Positions 30,621 through 39,164 of a DNA stretch of 64,000 bases are shown here, one piece after another (within the stretch, counting starts at the first letter, position 1; each line of letters begins with the position of its first letter). A program made the position numbers and the translations under genes. A model generated the notes under the pieces. The model was not told the DNA's origin and made no database searches. It saw only the letters and a list, made by a program, of their open reading frames with translations. The DNA comes from a virus. Taxonomy: Duplodnaviria > Caudoviricetes. The DNA is taken from the IMG/VR virus record IMGVR_UViG_3300031466_000001, positions 96,001 to 160,000 of that record, one strand, 5' to 3'.

Positions 30621-31505
30621 TCAAAGATACTTGGCGTACTTTTCTTTCTCCGAAAGTTTGTTCGTAACCTTCCGGATCTTCGGATAGTTCTCTTCCGAGA
30701 TCGAGGAGAATTGAATGCGACGGGCCCCATCGTTACCTTTGCTGTCTTCCTTGATACGGATATTGACATACCGATCAATCAGAAGATCTTCGATTTCACC
30801 CTTCTTGCACTCTTCAAGCGTGTCAAGTGCGAACTCGGTCATCCGATTCCATACATTGAGCTGACGCTCATTGAAGTTCCGGTGCGTGTCTTTGCGCTCA
30901 AGGAGAATTGCGATTGCAACGTAGTTGAGAGCATCTTCACCGAAGAGCTGCTTAAACAGCTTCCGGATACTCTTTGCGCTGTCCAGACCGATATCGTTTT
31001 CCTTCGCAATCGCATAGAGCTTGCGAAGAACGTTGCGTACATGAACCCCGATATAACGGTCGTCCACAACGACTTGCGGATGCGTTACAACAACGAGCAG
31101 TTCCTTGATGAGATCTTCGCTCAGGCCGGTCTTTTCGGCGACCTTCTTGACACGCTTCTTCAGGAGCTTGTCGATAATATCGCGGTAGGCATCGACAACT
31201 TTTGCGTCGAGATTGTCATAACGCCATTCCACGAGAGTATTGATGACCATCGCAAGAGCAAGGTCGACCCGCGGCGGGTTTTCTTTATCCTTCAGGAGCT
31301 TCTGAAGGGTCTTGACAAACTTCGGAGATGCCATGCGGTCGAAGAGTTCGGAAATCACTTCCGCATTCTTCTTCCGATGACCTTCCTCGATGTAGAAGCT
31401 AACGATGTCGTCCAGGTAGCCCCTGAGGACGGCCATGCGTTGCTCCTTGTCCCATTCTTTGACCTTCTTCGGTTTCCACGTTTTGAGGAATTCTTTGATC
31501 GCCAT
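30621..31505 (-). CDS. Alpha-helical hypothetical protein downstream of the tubulin/FtsZ gene
   Basis: GGAGG RBS; strong C/G-ending codon bias; terminator at about 30582-30614. Confidence 0.8.
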   Translation of the reverse strand: MAIKEFLKTWKPKKVKEWDKEQRMAVLRGYLDDIVSFYIEEGHRKKNAEVISELFDRMASPKFVKTLQKLLKDKENPPRVDLALAMVINTLVEWRYDNLDAKVVDAYRDIIDKLLKKRVKKVAEKTGLSEDLIKELLVVVTHPQVVVDDRYIGVHVRNVLRKLYAIAKENDIGLDSAKSIRKLFKQLFGEDALNYVAIAILLERKDTHRNFNERQLNVWNRMTEFALDTLEECKKGEIEDLLIDRYVNIRIKEDSKGNDGARRIQFSSISEENYPKIRKVTNKLSEKEKYAKYL

Positions 31506-31568
31506 CTTTTGTTTGCCTCCCATTTAATTTTTTTGGCTTATACTTATTTTGTTTATTCAATTATAAAT

Positions 31569-32690
31569 TTACATAAATTTACTGAACTCATCATCGAGGT
31601 TGTCTTCGCTGATTCGTTTGGAGATGGTTTCAGTTTGACGAAGACTCTTGATGAGATCAGTTTTAACGTCATCGAGAAGAGAAGTTTCCTTGGTGCGGGT
31701 GAGTTGAGCTTCTACTTCAGCAATGCGCTGAGCGATCTTCTCAATCCGATCATCTGGAATAGAGAGACCCGACATAATGGCGATAACGCGATTCACGTCG
31801 TCGTTAACGCCATTGATGTAAATATGCTCAAACTCTTCAACCGGCTCGCCAAGAATCGATTTGAACTTGGGCATAGTCGGATCAAACGCTTTGTGGATTT
31901 TCTCACTCAGATTGGTGATCAATCCAAACTTGCGAATGATCATATCTCTGTCAAGTTCGGCATGAGCGCTCACTTTCAAGGAATCGATGAGGCGATCTTC
32001 GATAGATTTATCATCGATATCCTTTTCGCGGAACCCAGATACCTTGGCTACAACGAGTCGACCGGGAGTATTGAGAATCTTCCACGAGTCTCTTTCGTCG
32101 ATGCTCGTGTATGGCGTGGTATATTGGTAATCACCACGGATAATTGCAATGTCCTCAACGATTTCCCGGTTCACTTCATGGAACATTTCGCTACGGGTCT
32201 TATGCGCCCGCTTCTCGTTGTCATACAGCATGAAAGTCGGATTGATTTGCTTGATTTCTTTCATGTATTCGATCGTATTTTGTTGTGCAGCAACCGACTC
32301 TTTCAGTGGTGGGAGAATTCCGACCGGGATGAACTTTTTATTCGGAAAATACCCACTGAGAATGTGAGTAAGTACCGGTCCAATGGCCGACCCACTTCCG
32401 CCACCGGTCGATCCGGGAATGAAGATGACATTGTTCTCCTCAATGACTCGGAGCATGACATCCATACTGAGCAACTTCTTCATGTTGTCACGAAGAAATT
32501 GCTTTGCGATCGTCCGATCTTTACCGGCACCTTTCTCGTCGCCGATGCAGATCACATCGATGTTCTTGATTGTTGAAATGTCGTCATTTGAGGTATTGAG
32601 AGCCACTCCATCAATACCAAAATCTTTTTTTCCTTGGTCCGCAGTTTGCCCACCTGCGTTTCCAACACCGATAATTCCAACTTTTTGCAT
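31569..32690 (-). CDS. FtsZ/tubulin-family GTPase (PhuZ/TubZ-like)
   Basis: GVGNAGG, GAGKD, signature GGGSGS, T7-like SIDERD, C-terminal coiled coil; early motif 32738-32747. Confidence 0.88.
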   Translation of the reverse strand: MQKVGIIGVGNAGGQTADQGKKDFGIDGVALNTSNDDISTIKNIDVICIGDEKGAGKDRTIAKQFLRDNMKKLLSMDVMLRVIEENNVIFIPGSTGGGSGSAIGPVLTHILSGYFPNKKFIPVGILPPLKESVAAQQNTIEYMKEIKQINPTFMLYDNEKRAHKTRSEMFHEVNREIVEDIAIIRGDYQYTTPYTSIDERDSWKILNTPGRLVVAKVSGFREKDIDDKSIEDRLIDSLKVSAHAELDRDMIIRKFGLITNLSEKIHKAFDPTMPKFKSILGEPVEEFEHIYINGVNDDVNRVIAIMSGLSIPDDRIEKIAQRIAEVEAQLTRTKETSLLDDVKTDLIKSLRQTETISKRISEDNLDDEFSKFM

Positions 32691-32790
32691 TCGTTGATCT
32701 CTCCTTACCATAGAATATTATTATTTTAGACTTGATGATAATATATATTTGTTTTGGGGTTTATATTTTTTCAGAGATCGCTAGAATTAA

Positions 32791-33009
32791 CTAGTTCTTT
32801 TTATATAAAAACCATCTTCTAAATAAAAAACGAGCGATGTCTGCAGTAAATCCAACTGTTATGAAAATTATAAGATATGTGAAGGCCAGAAATATAATAT
32901 CGACAAGATTATTGGTTCTTATTTTAAACGAATCCATCATATGATTTATAAAAAGCAGCAGACCAGTGAGTATGGAGCCTGTAAACAACCGCTCCTTTAT
33001 ATACGTCAT
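32791..33009 (-). CDS. Small two-TM membrane protein
   Basis: Two hydrophobic segments; GGAG RBS. Confidence 0.55.
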   Translation of the reverse strand: MTYIKERLFTGSILTGLLLFINHMMDSFKIRTNNLVDIIFLAFTYLIIFITVGFTADIARFLFRRWFLYKKN

Positions 33010-33081
33010 ATCTCCCACTCCTTTTAGAATAAAAAAATGAAGTACAGTGAGTTTATACCTCACTGTACCTCCTTAGGCGTC

Positions 33082-33252
33082 CTATTTTCGTCCAGAAAGA
33101 TTTTTAAGATTGCTTTGAGTTGATTCCATGATCAATTCATCAATATCCTCATTCTTTTTATTTACTTTTTTTCTTGTAGGATCTTCGATATTCAAATCAC
33201 CGAAGACACCTACTTCGGTAACAATTTCAAATTCCTGACCTTTGTCTGCCAT
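33082..33252 (-). CDS. 56-aa hypothetical protein (not in ORF track)
   Basis: AGGAGGGG RBS, MADKGQEFEIVTEVGVFG..., late motif 33279-33290. Confidence 0.55.
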   Translation of the reverse strand: MADKGQEFEIVTEVGVFGDLNIEDPTRKKVNKKNEDIDELIMESTQSNLKNLSGRK

Positions 33253-33409
33253 TTTAGAGGCACCCCTCCTTTTTTTATTATTTCTATGTTCCGTGAAAAT
33301 AAATAATAGACCCGATGATTTTTGACACTAGATCAGATTATAAATTTAAAGTTACATTACTGATTTATTAGAATAGTTAACCTTCTTACTCGATTTATAT
33401 ATTATAAAT

Positions 33410-33712
33410 TTGATACGTAATAGAGGGGAGAGATTTTCATTGTATCAGAAAACATGGCGGGCTATTATCCATTATGGTCATTATGGGAATAGCAAGGTTA
33501 GATTTGCTTTTGTTGATGATGAAGAAAAAAATCTTTTGGATCGAGCAATCGTCGAAGAAATTCCGGTTAAAATCGAATATGTTGATGGATCTGAAATTAC
33601 TGTAAACAGTGGTTTCGTCCAGGAAATCGAGTTCGAGCCAATAAGTAAATCTATCAACGAAACGAGTAGTGAATGGTCTACTACTACGAAAAAAGTCTAT
33701 TTTCTTAAATAA
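33410..33712 (+). CDS. Hypothetical early protein
   Basis: Early motif 33396-33405; start uncertain. Confidence 0.55.
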   Translation: MIRNRGERFSLYQKTWRAIIHYGHYGNSKVRFAFVDDEEKNLLDRAIVEEIPVKIEYVDGSEITVNSGFVQEIEFEPISKSINETSSEWSTTTKKVYFLK

Positions 33713-33760
33713 GTGATAAAAAATAACGGGATGACTTAGAGACGTCATCCCCTTATTTTT

Positions 33761-34483
33761 TTATTTGTTCATTGTTTTCTTAAGAACCAGACCTTGAGTT
33801 ACGAGGTCAGATTTAAGACCCATACCAATAAGATATACATCAAGAGTATTAAGTGTAACTTTATTTTCAAGTTTATTTGTCAATTCTTCCAATGATACAA
33901 ATTCTTTTTGAGCAATAGCTGCATACATTTCACTCTTCATAACCATATCGTCAGCTCTCGGCCCCATAAATTCTCTCAGGGTATTAACTGCATTGAGGGT
34001 TACAAGACCGAAGTTCTCAGCATCAGAATCGCGTGCATTTTTATCTCGTCCCACAACTTGCCCAGTGAGAGCAGAACGTGCAGAAATTTCTGTTGATGTC
34101 GTATTCTTTTTAACTACCATCTGCTGTGCCCGTTTCAGGTGAACATAACCTACAGGTACGGGATATTGAGTGACAACAGGATTTTCTTTATTCATATCGA
34201 CATGGGGCATAGCAACATGTTCGAATAATGGAACACCCAGAATTTTTGCGGCTTTTTCAACATTTTCAATCGTAAGATTTCTTTCGTAGTCAACAACGTC
34301 CAATACTAAATATTGATTTTCATCTTTGAAGAATTCCGAAAAGAATTTATCGAATTGGTCATCGCTCATAGGCTCAAACATAGCTCTATACTTAGCACTA
34401 TTTGTTTTAGTTGGATCAAGAGCATCAAAAACTCTATATATCAATTCTTCCATTTCTCTTCTTTTCTCTTTTGTAATAGCCAA
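33761..34483 (-). CDS. RNA polymerase beta C-terminal fragment (second, probably virion RNAP)
   Basis: PVPVGYVHLKRAQQMV.KKN..RSALTGQV resembles RpoB VTVGYMYMLKL.H.V.DK..YSLVTQQP; redundant with 25358..27634, so it belongs to a different enzyme. Confidence 0.7.
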   Translation of the reverse strand: MAITKEKRREMEELIYRVFDALDPTKTNSAKYRAMFEPMSDDQFDKFFSEFFKDENQYLVLDVVDYERNLTIENVEKAAKILGVPLFEHVAMPHVDMNKENPVVTQYPVPVGYVHLKRAQQMVVKKNTTSTEISARSALTGQVVGRDKNARDSDAENFGLVTLNAVNTLREFMGPRADDMVMKSEMYAAIAQKEFVSLEELTNKLENKVTLNTLDVYLIGMGLKSDLVTQGLVLKKTMNK

Positions 34484-34587
34484 TTAAAATCACTCCGATC
34501 TTGTAATTAGTATTTTTACTATTGATAATTATATATCATAACAATGTATACTCCAAATAATTTTCAACTATCTGGATAAAGGAGAGC

Positions 34588-34818
34588 GTGTCGATGGAGT
34601 TTATGGTAGTCAATATTGTCAATGGGTTGAAAATACTTCAAGGTGTGCTAACAATTGACAAAACACCCCTGTATATTCTCATTTCGGTTGCACCGGACAC
34701 CAACGCCATTCTTAGCCTGAAAGCTCAGATCGTCAATGAGCAGACCGGTGAGTTTGAAGAAGCGTTGGTTGATGAAAAGGTTCTTAGGGAAAAAATCACT
34801 AAAGCCTTTTTGATCTAA
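34588..34818 (+). CDS. Hypothetical protein
   Basis: AAGGAG RBS, 76 aa. Confidence 0.55.
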   Translation: MSMEFMVVNIVNGLKILQGVLTIDKTPLYILISVAPDTNAILSLKAQIVNEQTGEFEEALVDEKVLREKITKAFLI

Positions 34819-35008
34819 GCCCTAAGCAGCCTTAAATTATTACAAAAATGGAGTATACACGTTGTAAGTCGTTTGTTCTATTTGTCAGTTGTTTGAAGAG
34901 TGTTCGTCTATTTGGTGGTTGTTTTGTCGTGTAGTACATATATAAAATTCAACTCCACACAACATTCTCGAAGGCACCGTTGCATTTAACGGCCTTTCTT
35001 TTTTTGTA

Positions 35009-36178
35009 TTAATATGTGGTTTGAATACTAAGAACGAAAAACAGGAAAAGAGCCCGCCTAAAACTGTTAATAGTTGCAAATCGCTGGGTCTTTTTATAGG
35101 TGCCAAGATTCTCAAGCCATTTATCCAATATTTTCTTTATCCTAATAATATTTTTATCGGTGGTATTAGATTTCTTATATGTCTCCATACAATACATAAG
35201 GAATTTGTTACTATTGACTTCTTGAATTGTGTTTTGTGAATCGAAAATATACAAAAAGAGAATACTTTCGACAATTGCTCGAATATCCTCTCTGTTCTCG
35301 CTGACAACCATCGTATTAACATAGTTTCTGAGCTCAGAAACGCTTACTTTACACAAATTTGCCGCAACTGTAACAAGCCTCATATTTGGTCCTTCCACCA
35401 CAAGTTTCAGAACCACGTTATTCGTTAATCTTTCCACAGCAAAAGTATTGCTATCTGCCTCATGATAGTTTTCTTCTTCTAGGTTATCACTATCTAAGTT
35501 CATATACTTTCCTAGCTCACTATTTCTATAAAATTCATTTGCGATTTTTTTCAGAAGACTGTTAAGTCTGGTCTTTTCATCCATAATGAAATCGACGATA
35601 TCTTTATCTGTACCTCTAATAAGTTTATCGGTATTTGTCCTATAGCAAACCTGCGTGGTATCAACAAGGGCATGATATACTGTGCCGGTTTGCTTAATCT
35701 TAAATTTATTCGAAAGGTTATTGATGGTGTAATTCATTATCTGCTCATTTGGCTCATGTTTAAAATACTTAAAATGCAACGAAGGATACATGGATAAAGT
35801 AAGATAGACCAACGTTGCATTGACCATTTCCTGATTCTTTTTGATTGTAAAATAACGAATGATCATAGCAATAGTTGGGTTAAATATGTTATTCATAATT
35901 TTCCATTGGCTCTTGATAGTGGGAGATCCCTGTACAATTCGTTTAATTTCCGCAGGATCTACTTCTATAGCCTCATAGAGTTTATTCATGTCCGAATCGG
36001 AAAAAATCGTTCTATAAACTGGTCCCGGTGTGGTAAGTCTATCCATGTTTCTATCTAAATAATCAGTTACCGCTCGTTTAATCTTATTTACATTGGTAGG
36101 ATTGCTCAGAGCTTTTTCAACCAATGGATAAAGCTCGTCGACGAGCACACTATTAGAGGATTTTGTCGCGGTAGCCAT
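35009..36178 (-). CDS. Hypothetical late protein (possibly virion-associated)
   Basis: About 389 aa helical protein; GAGGAG RBS; late motif 36209-36220. Confidence 0.75.
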   Translation of the reverse strand: MATATKSSNSVLVDELYPLVEKALSNPTNVNKIKRAVTDYLDRNMDRLTTPGPVYRTIFSDSDMNKLYEAIEVDPAEIKRIVQGSPTIKSQWKIMNNIFNPTIAMIIRYFTIKKNQEMVNATLVYLTLSMYPSLHFKYFKHEPNEQIMNYTINNLSNKFKIKQTGTVYHALVDTTQVCYRTNTDKLIRGTDKDIVDFIMDEKTRLNSLLKKIANEFYRNSELGKYMNLDSDNLEEENYHEADSNTFAVERLTNNVVLKLVVEGPNMRLVTVAANLCKVSVSELRNYVNTMVVSENREDIRAIVESILFLYIFDSQNTIQEVNSNKFLMYCMETYKKSNTTDKNIIRIKKILDKWLENLGTYKKTQRFATINSFRRALFLFFVLSIQTTY

Positions 36179-36294
36179 ATTTATCAACACTCTCCTCAAT
36201 CATTCTATTAAATAACTGTTTTGGATTTGATTAGATAGTCGGTTTTATGGGTTGTACATTATTCTAAAAAAATAAAAGCAGGGAGGACTCCCTT

Positions 36295-37524
36295 ATGTCT
36301 ATTCTTGGTGGTGGCTCCGCCTATTTATTTTCATATTCGTCAACCGACGATTGTATCTTACTCGAAAAGTTTGTAGGTAGGAACTTTAAAGAATTTAAGC
36401 TCGTGGAAGATGAACTTCGTAAAATTATTAAAATTATTAAAAATAATTCAAATGAATATAAAACCAGCCTAGATATATCTGAAATAAATAATTCTGATCA
36501 CAATAGAGCCATAGAAAGGGCTCTCAAGCATTTTTTCAACGTAAAAGAGGTTAAGATAACTTGGACAGAGGCAACTGTGCCCAATGCGTTTACAGTATGT
36601 AAGACCTACATGGTTTTCGATAGCAACTATAAAACCGATGAAAAAACGAATAGAAAAAGTAATGAAAATCTATTTGTTGGTGTGATTTTACATACAGGTA
36701 TTGTTACCATAGCGAATCTAAATGAAAAAGAAATTTTAGCTATTATTTTACACGAAATTGGTCATAATTTCTACAATAGTATTTTCCATGTTCTTAGTAT
36801 GACTGGGGTCAGCATTGGTAAAATGATCGCATCAGGTATCATGGATGCTATTAATTTAAATAAATTTTACATTAATTTCTCTGATTTTGTTAATAATTTT
36901 GCTTCCAAACATATTAGACCGTTGTACCTTTTAATAACAAACGCTGAGAGAATTCTATTCCAAATAACTTCAATCTTCGGAAAATCCCTTTTCTCGGCAG
37001 TTACAAATTTACCGAGAATTATAAAGAGTTTTTTAACATTGGAAATTTTATCAAGATACAATGTTGAAAAACATGCGGATAGTTTTGCGGTAGATCATGG
37101 TTATGGTAAAGAACTGGCGTCCGCACTGAATAAAATGGAACGAATGGAAAAATCCTTAGGTAATAAAATTTATAATTATGCACCTATTGCATGGTTTTAT
37201 GATCTTATCGATCTTCAATTTGAAATTATTTTCGGACTTCTTGGACCATATCCAAGCACACAAAATCGTATTCGCTCTGGCTTAGATAGATTGAAGCGGG
37301 ATATGAAAAGAACCGATCTTAGTCCGGCTCTTAGAAAAGAGCTGGAACAACAAATAAAAGAATATGAAGATTTCTATAATAACTATTACCTTAATATCGA
37401 ACAGAATCAAAATAGGAATCGTATTTTTACTTGGCTCTATAGAAAATTCGTTGAAGCAATTTTTAGAGGTAAATTGGATATTCGTGAACTTATTTATAGT
37501 TTGGATAGAACTAAATACAACTAA
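36295..37524 (+). CDS. Zinc metallopeptidase (M48-like HExxH)
   Basis: PNAF, AIILHEIGH, EKHADSFA..GY...LASAL.K, YPS...R; hydrophobic middle. Confidence 0.75.
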   Translation: MSILGGGSAYLFSYSSTDDCILLEKFVGRNFKEFKLVEDELRKIIKIIKNNSNEYKTSLDISEINNSDHNRAIERALKHFFNVKEVKITWTEATVPNAFTVCKTYMVFDSNYKTDEKTNRKSNENLFVGVILHTGIVTIANLNEKEILAIILHEIGHNFYNSIFHVLSMTGVSIGKMIASGIMDAINLNKFYINFSDFVNNFASKHIRPLYLLITNAERILFQITSIFGKSLFSAVTNLPRIIKSFLTLEILSRYNVEKHADSFAVDHGYGKELASALNKMERMEKSLGNKIYNYAPIAWFYDLIDLQFEIIFGLLGPYPSTQNRIRSGLDRLKRDMKRTDLSPALRKELEQQIKEYEDFYNNYYLNIEQNQNRNRIFTWLYRKFVEAIFRGKLDIRELIYSLDRTKYN

Positions 37525-37637
37525 AAACATCATAAGGGATGCTGTAAATATGGCATCCCTTATACTTATTGATTCTGGGAACATTTTTAATAATCAAGGA
37601 TCATACAAAATGGTCTGTTAAGGGAGGAAAAAATAAA

Positions 37638-38237
37638 ATGAGCGCTATTAACTCTAAGGAATACTGGGATTATCGTTTCGAGAACGATTGGGAGAAACGA
37701 GGAGGACTCATTCAAACAAGGGCATTTATCCAACTCATGATTAATCATCTTCCCGATAGTGTAATCGACTATCTTGATAGTCGGCGGGTAACAGTACTTG
37801 ATTGGGGTTGCGGAATCGGTGTAGGAGTTAAAGAATTTGCAGAAAGATTTAAGAAGGCGTCTGTAGCGGGATTAGATTTTTCGGACGTTGCGATTGAAAA
37901 ATCGAAAGAATTGTTCCCACAGTTTGAATTTATTGCTGGCAGTTTAGATACCCACAGGAAGAGATATGACGTGATTTATAGCAGTAACTGTCTCGAACAC
38001 TTTAAAGATCCGTATCCGTGGATGAAACAAATCCTTTCCTATACTAACAAGTATGCTATTTTCCTTGTTCCATATAATGAAAAAATCAAAGAATATGATG
38101 AGCATATGTTCTCTTTCACCGAAAAATCTTTCTATCCCAAATTCTATGGGTTCAATAAGATCTTTGAAAAAGTTATTGATGAATGTCCTAACTGCTGGGC
38201 GGGTCAACAAATTCTCGTTATCTATAAAAAGCATTAA
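37638..38237 (+). CDS. Class I SAM-dependent methyltransferase
   Basis: VLDWGCGIG, GLDFS, YDVIYSSNCLEH; GGGAGG RBS. Confidence 0.88.
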   Translation: MSAINSKEYWDYRFENDWEKRGGLIQTRAFIQLMINHLPDSVIDYLDSRRVTVLDWGCGIGVGVKEFAERFKKASVAGLDFSDVAIEKSKELFPQFEFIAGSLDTHRKRYDVIYSSNCLEHFKDPYPWMKQILSYTNKYAIFLVPYNEKIKEYDEHMFSFTEKSFYPKFYGFNKIFEKVIDECPNCWAGQQILVIYKKH

Positions 38238-38286
38238 AAATATGCACATGGGTATTTTATGAACACCCATGTGCATATTTTTTTGA

Positions 38287-38697
38287 TTACTTGAAAATAC
38301 GTTTATATATGCTTTTAAACCAGGAACATGATTCCTTGGTTTCTTCTGCTGTCCCACTTTCAGCATTTCCTTTCTTAGTACGCGAGGGATAGAAGAATTT
38401 GATACCTTTGATTTTACCACCATGAAGAAGTAACCATCTACGTCTCATTTCGATAGAAATCTGCATGTTTTCTTCATAAGTGTCAGTGATAAATCCTTTT
38501 TGGCGAGCAAGCCTAAGGTATTTATAGTAGGTGGTTTTACCGATGTCCAAAGCTGCAGAAATAATTTCAGCAATCTCAACAGGATAATATCCTTTGTCTT
38601 TCCACTCCTGATAAGCATTTGCAAAATTTCTGAGCTTGTCTTCATTGTCGATAACCTTGATGTTCCTTCCTATTTTTTTAGCCGTTTCGTTTACCAA
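38287..38697 (-). CDS. HTH protein with C-terminal amphipathic helix
   Basis: EIAEIISAALDIGKTTYYKYL HTH; ends SWFKSIYKRIFK; late motif 38732-38743. Confidence 0.6.
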   Translation of the reverse strand: MVNETAKKIGRNIKVIDNEDKLRNFANAYQEWKDKGYYPVEIAEIISAALDIGKTTYYKYLRLARQKGFITDTYEENMQISIEMRRRWLLLHGGKIKGIKFFYPSRTKKGNAESGTAEETKESCSWFKSIYKRIFK

Positions 38698-38819
38698 CCC
38701 ATATCACCTCCTTCCCCTCAAACGCATTTGTTATTAATCTGTTTATGTTGGTTCTTATTTCCAATAAATGAAATCAAAAAAATAAAGGTATGGGAGTAAT
38801 TATTACTCCCATACCTAAG

Positions 38820-39101
38820 TCACAATTTGAACATGTAACCTTTTTCCACATGTTCACTATCACCATAGAAGAGAATTCCTGCATCAACAAGATTATCTAA
38901 TGCCTTAGAAACTTCTTTCTTGTCCATAAGAAGCTCTCTGGCGATTTGTTTTTTGTCAACTTTCTTTGGACGAAGACTGTCCAGATGGGACATCAAAAAT
39001 AACAAGACGCGATAGTCTCTCTTTTTAAGAGTGTCGATTTTAGCCAGACCCTGTAACGATGAAAGGCTAATTGTTGCCATAACTTTATGAATTTGCAGCA
39101 T
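38820..39101 (-). CDS. Winged-helix DNA-binding protein (MarR/RepL-like)
   Basis: DYRVLLFL..KKQIAREL.M.KKEVSKALDNL...GIL. Confidence 0.7.
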   Translation of the reverse strand: MLQIHKVMATISLSSLQGLAKIDTLKKRDYRVLLFLMSHLDSLRPKKVDKKQIARELLMDKKEVSKALDNLVDAGILFYGDSEHVEKGYMFKL

Positions 39102-39164
39102 TTATTCTTACCTCCAATTATTTAAGATGGCTCTCTTGGTATCAACACAAGAGAGCCATCTTTC

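Noticed and set aside
30711-32576. 621-aa + strand ORF, chimallin-like in size and next to tubulin
   Set aside because: It is the antisense of the tubulin and 294-aa genes, has no RBS and has an implausible composition; not a nuclear-shell gene
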